Shown piece after piece: positions 10,375 through 19,383 of a stretch of DNA of 64,000 nucleotides. The stretch comes from Candidatus Moraniibacteriota bacterium (GTDB lineage Bacteria > Patescibacteriota > Minisyncoccia > Moranbacterales > UBA2206). The position numbers and the translations under genes were made by a program. The notes under the pieces are model-generated. The model searched no databases. It was not told where the DNA came from and saw only the letters and a program-made list of their open reading frames with translations. Each line of letters begins with the position of its first letter. Position 1 is the first letter of the stretch. The stretch covers positions 31,882 through 95,881 of the forward strand of contig JBBREE010000001.1 of assembly GCA_038203255.1 (NCBI GenBank), given 5' to 3'.

Positions 10375-11415
10375 TTAACGCTCTCTAGGTATCCAATAAA
10401 AAGTATACGAGGTATCCTCTATTGGATATTTGGTGAAATGCTTAAACTCCAAAGCGTTTATCATGATCGGCAGATACTCTAGCGGCTGTTCCTCTATTCG
10501 ATATTCCGGAACGATTGCTATAGAATACTTCCCAGTCCCTTTGGGAGAAGTAAGAATTGAAGCGCCATGCTGAGGAAGTGTATTGTTCCACGGCTTTGGA
10601 CAAAAACGATCTTTTTCCGTGAATGCAGCATCGATGTATAGGGATGTCCCAAAGATGTTATCAAAAAACCCCAACTCTTTTCGCATACGCCCAATCTTAT
10701 TTGCTTTCGCAACTACCCGACACGCTTCATCCCAAATTTCTGATGAGATTTTATTTCTAATCCAACTCCAGTTTTTAGCTTGTCGCTTACTATAAAGCAA
10801 ATCGAAAACTTCGCGAGGTATTGAATCATATGGCAACGATGTAGCTATTGCCAGTATTTCATCCATAGAGGATGCAGAAATATCAGAGCTATCAACAATA
10901 ACATCATAATCAGGAATCGCAATGATTCTTATGAAGTCAAAATGTTGCTCGGCCAAATTTTTCATTATCTCATGTTTTCGGACAATATCTCTATATGCCC
11001 AGCCAAGAGCATGAAAATGAGGCACCTCATCCCCAATAATGAGATCTATTCCTGGTTCATAATGATGTTTGATTTTCCTGTTGAGAATATCAAACCACCA
11101 GATTCCCCATAGATCACCTTTTCGTGGATAATTCAGCCTCTCGCGTAATTTCATAGTTGAAAGAGCCCCTCCGGAACATCCCCACGTCAGTCCAATTGGG
11201 ATTCTTGTCTCACTACTAATGGCCGTTTCGATGGAATTACGAATCTTTTGCTCTTCGAGCTCAGATATCGCTGTACGTGAATGCCTTTTGAGAATTCTTA
11301 TAATGGAGCTAGTTATATCCTTATCCCTCTTGGGGTTGTACCCGTCCATTTTTGCATCAATTGCCTGATTCATATTGTCAATTTGATCACTCAATTTTGT
11401 TACTAAATGCTCCAT
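10375..11415 (-). CDS. hypothetical 346-aa protein (no recognisable family), convergent with the CofD-like gene
   Basis: Long ORF with a GGAG ribosome-binding site before the ATG at 11415 (the ORF-track start at 11427 is GTG). Motifs GLTWGCSGGALS and PHFHALGW; no match recognised. Confidence 0.5.
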   Translation of the reverse strand: MEHLVTKLSDQIDNMNQAIDAKMDGYNPKRDKDITSSIIRILKRHSRTAISELEEQKIRNSIETAISSETRIPIGLTWGCSGGALSTMKLRERLNYPRKGDLWGIWWFDILNRKIKHHYEPGIDLIIGDEVPHFHALGWAYRDIVRKHEIMKNLAEQHFDFIRIIAIPDYDVIVDSSDISASSMDEILAIATSLPYDSIPREVFDLLYSKRQAKNWSWIRNKISSEIWDEACRVVAKANKIGRMRKELGFFDNIFGTSLYIDAAFTEKDRFCPKPWNNTLPQHGASILTSPKGTGKYSIAIVPEYRIEEQPLEYLPIMINALEFKHFTKYPIEDTSYTFYWIPRER

Positions 11416-11630
11416 ATTTATCTCCACGGTTTAGGATTTAGATGCATTTATATATTTATTAAAGAACAAGACATCGTACAATTAATATCACTTTATGTCA
11501 ATTTTTTTAATTTCTGGGAAGCTCTTATGTATAGAATTCCCAGAGATGTTTTATTTCAGCATTCTTGAAGCTATAAACATTAAGTGTTATAGTTATAATA
11601 TTATTTATTATTTTTTTATCATTCACCCAT

Positions 11631-12473
11631 ATGCCAAACTTCAAATTATCTTTCGTTATTGAAAAAAAACTCTTTGCTTTTTTGGATACCCCGGAAGATT
11701 CACTGATTGATTCCGTCCATTTAATTACTGAAAAATATGCGGACAAATATATTGTTAAAAACATAGAACTTCGCAATGATTCCTGCCCCGAAGAAGCTTA
11801 CCAAAAAATTATAGACCGCTTCAAGCCAGAAATAGAACAATTGCAAAAAGATGGATTTGATTTCACCTTGCACGCCGCGCGAGCTATCCAAGACTCGGAC
11901 AATCTAGATTATAAAATTCTTACTGTTTTGAAAAAAGATGTCGCTCTGGCAGAAACTCTCGGGATAGCAACTATAGTCACCCATGCTTCATTTAGCGTAC
12001 GCTCTCCCGAAGGAAAAAACTACTATTCCATAATGCACCTTTTGCCAGAATTGGATACTCTTAGCAAAGAAACAGGAGTAACAATAGCCATAGAAAACAT
12101 TTCACTTAAAAACGGCATCCTCCAAAATACGAACGATCATTTTTTCGTCCTAGATTTTATTAATAAGAATAATCTCCAGAATCTTGGAATCGCAATTGAT
12201 TTTGGCCATGCTCTTTCCTGTGGATTCAGTACTGATTACATTCTCAATGTCATTGAAAAAGCTAAGGAAAAACTTTTTCACATTCATGCGCATGAAACTA
12301 CTTTCGGTGAAGACTTGCATGCACCTCTTGCTGGAAAACTTGACTGGGGAAAAATTCTTCAGTCTTTAGAAGGCATAACTTATTCCGGAGTTTTCGTGCT
12401 AGAAATGCGCTCCCCTAGCCTTCCTAGTAGCCTAGAATATTTGCAAAGCATTGACGCCACATTTAAAAACTAG
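11631..12473 (+). CDS. sugar phosphate isomerase/epimerase (xylose isomerase-like TIM barrel / AP endonuclease 2 family)
   Basis: Motifs IVTHAS, IAIEN, IDFGHA and HIHAHE, typical metal-ligand strands of this TIM-barrel family. Confidence 0.65.
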   Translation: MPNFKLSFVIEKKLFAFLDTPEDSLIDSVHLITEKYADKYIVKNIELRNDSCPEEAYQKIIDRFKPEIEQLQKDGFDFTLHAARAIQDSDNLDYKILTVLKKDVALAETLGIATIVTHASFSVRSPEGKNYYSIMHLLPELDTLSKETGVTIAIENISLKNGILQNTNDHFFVLDFINKNNLQNLGIAIDFGHALSCGFSTDYILNVIEKAKEKLFHIHAHETTFGEDLHAPLAGKLDWGKILQSLEGITYSGVFVLEMRSPSLPSSLEYLQSIDATFKN

Positions 12474-12758
12474 CCTTTCACTCCTACAGTAAAAGCTAAT
12501 AAATCTAACTCCAATTTCATCTCTGCTATATTCAAGTGGCGTAACATATCCGTTAGGGGGAGCCACGAAAAATTCAAAAAAGACTAACCTAAACGGTATG
12601 GTCTTTTTTTCGTCTCGTGGCGCCGCCATCACTGAAAGCCTTTTATGTTAATCTTTTTTGTAAGTTTTTCGTGGTCGCGCGACGAACGATAGTGAGTTTT
12701 GCGCGACAACATTTTTGAGTGTTGTATAATAAAAACATAACCCAAAAACAAAATCATT

Positions 12759-12887
12759 ATGTTTTATGTTTATCTATTGGAATGTCAGGAAGCTGATGCA
12801 GTTGTAAGAGAAAAATTTCTCAAGGGCGGATCTGGTCGGACGTATCTTAAAAAACAGTTGAAATATTATTTAGAAGAAAAAATTTGA
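12759..12887 (+). pseudogene. GIY-YIG nuclease-like remnant (42 aa)
   Basis: MFYVYLLECQEADAVVREKFLKGGSGRTYLKKQL: a YVYLLEC start and a GxxGRTYLKK segment resemble the short GIY-YIG (YhbQ-like) family, but the middle is missing. Confidence 0.3.
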
Positions 12888-12959
12888 TTTTTAATAAGCT
12901 TTGCACGATAATCAAGGTAAAGTGCCATGGTACGTTACTAAAAATTAAATTAATATAAA

Positions 12960-13127
12960 ATGGAAAACAAAAAAGAAACAAGAAAATTAACCAAGACTGG
13001 GCGTGGGAGTATGTATGTGATTTTACCCAAAGAATTGATTGCTCACTTTGGCTGGCGCGAAAAACAAAAACTGACGGTGGAAAAAGTGAAGGGTGGGATT
13101 TTGATTAAGGATTGGAGGAAGAGATAA
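12960..13127 (+). CDS. AbrB/MazE/SpoVT-like small DNA-binding protein (55 aa), paralog copy 1
   Basis: MENKKETRKLTKTGRGSMYVILPKELIAHFGWREKQKLTVEKVKGGILIKDWRKR shows the swapped-hairpin pattern (TRKxTKxGGSxxVxLPKExxxxLG). A second copy lies at 19384-19551. Confidence 0.55.
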   Translation: MENKKETRKLTKTGRGSMYVILPKELIAHFGWREKQKLTVEKVKGGILIKDWRKR

Positions 13128-13193
13128 AAAAAGCCTCCAGTCCGCATTGCGAACCTTTGGCTTCTTGTGAAAAGAAAAAATGTTTTGAAATTA

Positions 13194-14075
13194 TTAGAGG
13201 CTTCCACCGGATTCTCGGATTTGATTATTTAATTCCTGAGCTTTAACTGCGGCCGCTTCTGCATAGTCTTCTCCGGAACTGGCGAATATAATGCCCGAAG
13301 ATGAGTTGATTGCAATCGAACCTGGTCCACTAAGGGACGCATGCACTGTCTGTTCGATAAACCCTCCTTGAGTTCCAATACCCGGAATGAGAAACCACAA
13401 CTTATCTCCTACCAGCTCTCGAACTCTTTTAAGATGAAAAGAAAAAATATCGCCCGAACTCTTGGGATACTCATGAGCAGCTGCCATAACCAGTCCGGCA
13501 TCTTCGGCAACACCAAGCTCTTCCGCCCATTTAAGAGTTGTCTTGGCAATAAATTCCCAATAAAGATCGCCAGATTCCAGCCGCACATCTTGGACTTCTC
13601 TTGCTGAAGAGTTGCTCGTATAACAAAGACCAACAATGGCTCTGCCGGGATTTTTAGGATCGACGAGCGATTGCATGCAATCTTTGCCCATATAGGGGCT
13701 AAAGTTCATGCCATCCACACCATCTAGATCAAACTGAGCGATCCTATAGCATGCTTGGGTTCTTCCGATATCCCCTCGCTTACAATCAAGAAAAACAGGA
13801 ATGTCTTCATGTTGTTTGTGAATATGCTGGACGATTTTACGAAGAGCCTTTTCTCCATCTGAAATTGCTTCGTAATGCGCCCGCTGAGGCTTAAACAATG
13901 AAGCAAACGGCGCCGTTTCATCAACAATCCTACACATCCAATGAGCCACTTTTTCCCAATCATGTTCGAACCCAACAATTGATGATGGAAGTTTCTCGAG
14001 CAATGGGTCAAGTCCCACACAGACCAGTGAATTTACTTTCTGTTGCCTTTGCGAAAGTTTCTGCCTGAATCCCAT
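13194..14075 (-). CDS. pyrF: orotidine 5'-phosphate decarboxylase, type 2
   Basis: LVCVGLDP and FLDCKRGDIG active-site motifs. Start placed at the Met of MGFRQKL (14075) because the ORF-track start at 14180 overlaps the upstream gene. Confidence 0.7.
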   Translation of the reverse strand: MGFRQKLSQRQQKVNSLVCVGLDPLLEKLPSSIVGFEHDWEKVAHWMCRIVDETAPFASLFKPQRAHYEAISDGEKALRKIVQHIHKQHEDIPVFLDCKRGDIGRTQACYRIAQFDLDGVDGMNFSPYMGKDCMQSLVDPKNPGRAIVGLCYTSNSSAREVQDVRLESGDLYWEFIAKTTLKWAEELGVAEDAGLVMAAAHEYPKSSGDIFSFHLKRVRELVGDKLWFLIPGIGTQGGFIEQTVHASLSGPGSIAINSSSGIIFASSGEDYAEAAAVKAQELNNQIRESGGSL

Positions 14076-14106
14076 AATTCTTCTCCTCTTCTGATTATTA
14101 TTTTTT

Positions 14107-14838
14107 TCACATCGTTGCCACAAGTTCATCCCAGTTTTCTTTAGCTGGAAGAGCGCGTGATCCTTTTTTACAGAACTCACATTCTTCCTCAGCCGGATTG
14201 ACTACGTATGTATTGTAATGCAAACGCCAGATCAATCGGCTACCGTCGATTATTTCGGGCGCGTCTTTGTCAGGCCTATGCACCAGAAGCGGAATGAAGG
14301 GAATGAAATCAACCTGACTTGGATTCCCCTTTCTGATTCCATCTCGGACAGCTTGAGTGGTGAGGCTAGTGGTCAAAAGTTCCTCCACATGTAGCACTCG
14401 CTCGCCCGGAGAAATCACGGCTTTTCCCCAAACCTGCGACTTATTAGATCCTTTTTGCATCGGGTGCCATTTTGCTTTCAAAATATTGGCCACATCTTTC
14501 GAAAGTCCCAACGCGGAAGAATCCGAACCGGTTACCCAGTCTATCGGACCCTTATAGAAAGATTCTAATAAATATACCAGTTGCTGAGCCATGATCTGAC
14601 AAAGATTGCTCCGTTGCAAAACCTTGGGGCAGTTGATATAAATATTACTATGCTTGCCACTTGTGAGAATTACGTGAGGAGCGGTTGGATTTTCCTGACC
14701 CGGATGATGCCAAAAGGCACCGCAAGCTTTGAAAATCATTTCAAGCTCTTCCTTAAGCAATATCCTCTTACAATCACGAGGATCGAGTCGCAAAATATCT
14801 TCATTGGTCAATCCTTGAAGCATTACCGGTATTGGCAT
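14107..14838 (-). CDS. pyrE: orotate phosphoribosyltransferase-like type I PRTase with N- and C-terminal extensions
   Basis: VILTSGKHSNIYIN (compare FTLKSGRKSPYFFN) and the PRPP-binding VLHVEELLTTSLTTQAVRDGIR (compare VMLVDDVITAGTAIRE). Adjacent to pyrF. Confidence 0.55.
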   Translation of the reverse strand: MPIPVMLQGLTNEDILRLDPRDCKRILLKEELEMIFKACGAFWHHPGQENPTAPHVILTSGKHSNIYINCPKVLQRSNLCQIMAQQLVYLLESFYKGPIDWVTGSDSSALGLSKDVANILKAKWHPMQKGSNKSQVWGKAVISPGERVLHVEELLTTSLTTQAVRDGIRKGNPSQVDFIPFIPLLVHRPDKDAPEIIDGSRLIWRLHYNTYVVNPAEEECEFCKKGSRALPAKENWDELVATM

Positions 14839-15002
14839 AATAACCTCCTATCTATTTTATTGTAATAATGTACAAAAAAGTTAGACCCCAAGTCTAACCT
14901 TCCTCATCTGAGTTGATGGTAGTAAATTTATGGATAAAAAGCAAGTATTTTAGGCTGAATGACTATTCGCAATATTTTTAACTTAAATCATGCTGAGGCC
15001 TT

Positions 15003-15038
15003 CATCAAGGTTCGAACTTCTTCCATCGCGCGGAGCCA
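15003..15038. repeat. 36-nt repeat catcaaggttcgaacttcttccatcgcgcggagcca, copy 1
   Basis: Identical 36-mer at 17656-17691. It ends in GGAGCCA, resembling a tRNA 3' end. Confidence 0.7.
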
Positions 15039-15046
15039 GATTACAA

Positions 15047-15072
15047 AAGAGCCCTTTCAAGGCTCTTTTGTG
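15047..15072 (-). terminator. hairpin/T-run terminator downstream of ddl (bidirectional-looking)
   Basis: agagccctttcaaggctctttt. Confidence 0.45.
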
Positions 15073-15138
15073 CTATTATGTCGGTTCGAATATTTCATAC
15101 CCCGCATTAGACGTTCGAACCAGTAAACTGTAAATTTT

Positions 15139-16203
15139 TTAATTCTTTTTGATCCTTTGGCGTTTCAGCGCTCCTTCAATAATTTTATCCAAAAAAACCG
15201 GAAAGCTCATCCCGTACGCAGCAGCGGCTTGGGGCGCAAGGCTAGTAGCGGTCATCCCAGGAATAGTGTTAATTTCAAGAAAATATAATTTATCATCATC
15301 TGCACTCCAAATGAAATCAGCTCGGGCCAGATCAATACACCCGACAGCCTTGAAAATTTTGACTGCATAACGTTGAATTTTTCTTTTAACGTCATCCGAA
15401 ATTTCGGCTGGACAGACTTCTTCCGATCCGCCTGTTTCATATTTCGCCCGATAATCAAACCACCCAGAAACTTTAGGGATAATTTCAATAACCGGAAGCG
15501 CCTTCGGAGCTTTGTCTCCTATTACTGCCACTGTAAGTTCTCTGCCTTTCACAAATTGTTCCAAAAGAACTTCGTTGCCATATTTTAAAGCCTCCTCTAT
15601 TCCAGAAATTAATTTTTCCTTAGAGGTAACCAAGCTTATCCCAACTGAAGATCCAAGCTCTGTTGGTTTTATAACGATTGGAAAATTTAATTTAGCAATT
15701 ATACTCACCGCGCTATATTTTTTATCCCGAGAAATCACTTCATCTTTAGCAATTTTTAATCCCGATGCCTTAGCAATAATTTTAGTCTTGCGTTTATGCA
15801 TAGCCAAAGCGCTAGCCAACGTTCCTGAAAAAACATACGGCAATCCGAGCATTTCCAGTGCGCCTTGCAACTTTCCATCCTCCCCAAAAGTTCCGTGGAT
15901 AATTGGCAAAACCAAATCAATTGGTGGAAATTTTTCCGGAAATTTATTCCTGTCTTCAAAAGAACTCCCGTTCCCCACTCCGCCCTCTCGACTAGCTCCT
16001 TCCAAATTTTCATCTAAATATTTTTGTCCCTCCTCACCCACTAGCCAATGTCCGGACTTAGTAATGGCAATAGGGATAATCTCATACTTATTCTTATCAA
16101 GCGCACTCATGACTTGATTAGCTGATCTCAAAGAAACTTCGTGTTCACCGGATTGTCCGCCAAAGATAACCGCTAATTGTTTTTTTGCGATAGTTTTTTT
16201 CAT
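15139..16203 (-). CDS. ddl: D-alanine--D-alanine ligase
   Basis: N-terminus KKQLAVIFGGQSGEHEVSLRSA plus the ATP-grasp body (EQFVKGRELTVAVIG...). Canonical Ddl. Confidence 0.9.
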   Translation of the reverse strand: MKKTIAKKQLAVIFGGQSGEHEVSLRSANQVMSALDKNKYEIIPIAITKSGHWLVGEEGQKYLDENLEGASREGGVGNGSSFEDRNKFPEKFPPIDLVLPIIHGTFGEDGKLQGALEMLGLPYVFSGTLASALAMHKRKTKIIAKASGLKIAKDEVISRDKKYSAVSIIAKLNFPIVIKPTELGSSVGISLVTSKEKLISGIEEALKYGNEVLLEQFVKGRELTVAVIGDKAPKALPVIEIIPKVSGWFDYRAKYETGGSEEVCPAEISDDVKRKIQRYAVKIFKAVGCIDLARADFIWSADDDKLYFLEINTIPGMTATSLAPQAAAAYGMSFPVFLDKIIEGALKRQRIKKN

Positions 16204-16342
16204 AAAATTAAAGTTAATATTTATACAAATGGTAGCTTGAATTGTTAATTATTGCAACAATATAACAGATTTTACTAAAAAAATAAAGCGGCTATCGAAA
16301 AACGACAACCGCCTGCTTCTGCCTTTGATGGAAAATTTTCCA

Positions 16343-17125
16343 TCAAGGTTCTATGTATGAGTAACAAGCAATCCCTCCCTTAACCAAGGCGTCCATCTGA
16401 TTACCAAAATTAAAATGCCACACCTCCGGGCCATAACAGGTAAATCCAGCCTTTACCATAGACCTAAGAAGAATGTTCCGATTCCGACATATTTTGGCAT
16501 CATTACCAGGAAATCTTTTTCTCTTAATTTTGAGATGATAGAAGGCTCCAGCATCATCTTTCATCCAATCAAATGGCACTCCGAGATTCTCAGCTTCCCC
16601 TTCCCTATAAAGCCACACGTCCACCGATCCTCCTGTCAAATGAGGGCTAGGGGAAGAAATTTCTTTCGTAGGCCAACTTACGTATGTACGATTAGCTTCG
16701 AAAATAACCTTTCTCTTTTCTGGAGAAAGACCATCAAAACACTCCTTAATGTTTTCAACAGAGACTAGTTTATCAAACTGTTCCTTAAGGCCAAACTTTT
16801 CCACTGTAAACAGTTTCATGTAATACCAAAAAAGATTCTCTTGAAGTTCCACCGATCTCCACCCATCATAAACCCTGAGATCAAAGCCCTGATTTTTTAA
16901 GGTTTCACGAACCGCTAAAGTCTTATGCAAAACCTCTTCTCGCAGATACAGCTTCTCGTTTTTTGCTATTTTTAATACGTGATAATAAAAAGAAAAAACG
17001 ATTTCTTCAGGAACCTCAATGAGTGGTTGATTATTTTCCTCGATCGGAATCTTTCTCCAATCACCCCGCCTATACGCCATCAATGTGACATACCTGACCA
17101 TTTGCAACTTGAGATAATTCAACAT
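16343..17125 (-). CDS. D-alanyl-D-alanine dipeptidase (VanX/DdpX, peptidase M15D)-like
   Basis: SPHLTGGSVDV (SxHxxGxAxD zinc motif) and EVWHFNFG (ExxH). The ORF-track start at 17143 is TTG; an ATG at 17125 follows a GGAGG ribosome-binding site. Confidence 0.65.
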   Translation of the reverse strand: MLNYLKLQMVRYVTLMAYRRGDWRKIPIEENNQPLIEVPEEIVFSFYYHVLKIAKNEKLYLREEVLHKTLAVRETLKNQGFDLRVYDGWRSVELQENLFWYYMKLFTVEKFGLKEQFDKLVSVENIKECFDGLSPEKRKVIFEANRTYVSWPTKEISSPSPHLTGGSVDVWLYREGEAENLGVPFDWMKDDAGAFYHLKIKRKRFPGNDAKICRNRNILLRSMVKAGFTCYGPEVWHFNFGNQMDALVKGGIACYSYIEP

Positions 17126-17486
17126 TTTGACCTCCTGTCCCAATTTTGAAGAATTGTTCTTCCTTTATCTGCTCCACTATTCTTTTCTTATCCATATATC
17201 TTATAACATCGAATGCACGACATGTTGTGTTGCGGCAAATATTAGGACGGTTATCATAATCAGTACACAATCCCGTTTTTACATTGAAATTGGTACAGAT
17301 ATATTGTTTAAGTCTAACTGTATCCGGATTTGATTCAGGGGCTAATATTCCTTCCAACTCTACAAAAGGAAGATTATCTCTTTCCGGATCTATAAGCCTC
17401 CTGCTGTTTATTTTCACAGGATTGCAGCACATACTACATCCAAACAACAGACAAACATTCGTTTTTTCTCCAATACATCCTTTCAT
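17070..17486 (-). CDS. Cys-rich protein with CxxxxCxxCC motif (YkgJ/UPF0153-like putative Fe-S/Zn chelating domain)
   Basis: CLLFGCSMCC near the N-terminus plus further Cys residues (CTNF, CTDY, CRNTTC). Overlaps the dipeptidase gene 5' end in another frame. Confidence 0.45.
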   Translation of the reverse strand: MKGCIGEKTNVCLLFGCSMCCNPVKINSRRLIDPERDNLPFVELEGILAPESNPDTVRLKQYICTNFNVKTGLCTDYDNRPNICRNTTCRAFDVIRYMDKKRIVEQIKEEQFFKIGTGGQNVELSQVANGQVCHIDGV

Positions 17487-17655
17487 GGCTACTCCTCCTA
17501 TAATAATATTGAGTTATGGGTCTTAGCTATGCTTTTGTCAAAGGACTTATTTAACTGTTTTCTCTATCAATTCTGTTCATATCCTGAGCATATTAGTCTA
17601 TCATCTTTTTGCAAGAAGTCAAAATTTATAATCCGCACTCTACTTGCGGTTACAG

Positions 17656-17711
17656 CATCAAGGTTCGAACTTCTTCCATCGCGCGGAGCCACAAAAAACT
17701 CAAAAAAGATT
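17656..17711. repeat. 36-nt repeat copy 2 (17656-17691), followed by a 20-nt right arm caaaaaactcaaaaaagatt that also occurs near 12574-12593
   Basis: The left arm is identical to 15003-15038. The right arm ggagccac[a/g]aaaaa[c/t]tcaaaaaaga[t/c]t is shared with 12566-12595. Confidence 0.7.
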
Positions 17712-17812
17712 GGAGATTAGTTGTTTTTGTATCATTTTCTAAAAGCATACTTGACTTTTTGTATCATAAATGATACAATTAAATCATAATTTAGCTATAT
17801 AATGATACAATT

Positions 17813-18895
17813 ATGCTAACTTACTCTAATTTAAACGCCAGACAACAATCTATCATAGACTTCGCAAAAGAAAAGCCGTCATTTCAAACGAAGGATGTTT
17901 TTTTGGCTGTCAAAGGAAAATTCGATGTCTCCCGCCTAACGGTTGTTCGCGATCTTTCATTTTTGGAAAAAAATGATGTCTTGAAAAAGCAAGGAGCCGG
18001 AAGAGCCGTGACTTATGCAATAACAAAAAAATATCTATCTCTCGAAAAAATTGACGTAGAAAAATATTTCTCAATTCCTTCTTCAAAAAGAAAGGCCGAC
18101 CCGCTATTCAACAATGATGTTTTTTCCATCTTAAACGAAAATCTTTTTTCAGAAGAAGAAATGAAAAAACTAAATTTAGCCAACGAAAAATATCTAAAAG
18201 CAAAAAATAAATTAGAAAAAGAAAGCCCCACGATTCTCAGAAAAGAATGGCAACGCTTAGTGATAGAACTATCCTGGAAATCATCTGAAATCGAAGGAAA
18301 CACCTACTCTCTTTTGGAAACCGAAGCGCTTCTTCGTGAGATGCGTTTTGCAAAAGGGAAAGATAGAGCAGAGGCGCAAATGATACTCAATCACAAAAAT
18401 TCCCTTGATTTTATCTTGTCCGACAAAAATTATTTTAAAAATATCAACCTTGATAAAATCAAAAAAATTCATGAGCTACTGACGGAAAATATAGACATCA
18501 AAAAAGATTTCCGAGATCATCCGGTCGGGATTACCGGAACAATCTATCGGCCTCTTCCAAGAAAAAAAGACATTACTTCGGCTATGGAAAAATTGAACGA
18601 CACTTTCTCACAAATTTCAAATCCTTTTGTGAAAGCCTTTGTTTCTTTGATTATGATTGCCTACATACAACCGTTCGAGGACGGAAACAAACGCACTTCG
18701 CGAATCATTGCCAACGCCATTTTGCACTCCCATGATAAATCGATTTTGTCCTATCGTGATGTCGATTCTATTGAATACAAAAAGGCTATGATATTGTTTT
18801 ATGAGAAAAATAACATTTCCTATGTAAAAGAAATATTCATTGCTCAAGTTGAATTTGCAACAGATAATTATTTTTCACAAAGTCAAAGTGGATGA
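17813..18895 (+). CDS. Fic-family protein with N-terminal winged-helix/HTH and a degenerate Fic motif
   Basis: The Fic core motif reads IQPFEDGNKRTSR; the canonical form is HPFx(D/E)GNGRxxR. An S-S-E-I-E-G-N segment matches the (S/T)xxxE(G/N) inhibitory-helix motif, and an N-terminal HTH is present. Confidence 0.7.
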   Translation: MLTYSNLNARQQSIIDFAKEKPSFQTKDVFLAVKGKFDVSRLTVVRDLSFLEKNDVLKKQGAGRAVTYAITKKYLSLEKIDVEKYFSIPSSKRKADPLFNNDVFSILNENLFSEEEMKKLNLANEKYLKAKNKLEKESPTILRKEWQRLVIELSWKSSEIEGNTYSLLETEALLREMRFAKGKDRAEAQMILNHKNSLDFILSDKNYFKNINLDKIKKIHELLTENIDIKKDFRDHPVGITGTIYRPLPRKKDITSAMEKLNDTFSQISNPFVKAFVSLIMIAYIQPFEDGNKRTSRIIANAILHSHDKSILSYRDVDSIEYKKAMILFYEKNNISYVKEIFIAQVEFATDNYFSQSQSG

Positions 18896-19199
18896 GGCAG
18901 ATATTGCTAAACCGTTTTAGATAGTATTAAAAATGATTTCCAAAGCCTTTTTTTGCTTCTCATCATTGACATCCCCTTTTCAAAATGCTACGATACAAAA
19001 TCGAAAAACGTTTCGATTTTAAGAGAAAGAGCAATCAAGCACATGAACAATTTCATAAAATGTTAATTGAAACAGGCTGAAGTTTTAGCTGAAACCAAAG
19101 ACAGGAAGACTTTGAAGCTTTCATATGTCATGGTTCGTGCCCTTTCTCTCGTTGAGACATCGGGAATCGGAATAACTCCAGGCATCTAATTTTACACAC

Positions 19200-19244
19200 A
19201 GAGCCGCACTCACAGAAATATGTGAGTTGCGGTTCTTTTTTTAT
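19200..19244 (+). terminator. hairpin + T9 terminator in the Fic/AbrB-like intergenic region
   Basis: agccgcactcacagaaatatgtgagttgcggtt followed by cttttttttatt. Confidence 0.5.
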
Positions 19245-19383
19245 TATTAACTAACGACTTCCCCATTCGCCTCTTACCCCATCCTGATTGATAATAGAAC
19301 TGACCCCGTAAAGGCTTGCGCCAACGGGGTAAACGTTAGGGATAACTTTAGGCTAACGTTAGTAAGAAATAATTTTAAAACAT

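Noticed and set aside
15003-15038. Interpreting the 36-nt repeat as a genuine tRNA 3' half or T-arm
   Set aside because: CAAGG/TTCTT do not pair as a T-stem, and no matching 5' acceptor strand is nearby. It is only tRNA-end-like, so it is reported as a repeat, not a tRNA.
15084-15128. ggttcgaa...ttcgaacc inverted repeat near the ddl terminator
   Set aside because: TTCGAA is itself palindromic and the 22-nt loop is long. This is probably incidental.
17529-17720. 63-aa ORF covering the repeat elements, and the similar ORF at 19999-20181
   Set aside because: They are composed of the repeat and att-like sequences, with no ribosome-binding site. They are more likely non-coding repeat DNA.
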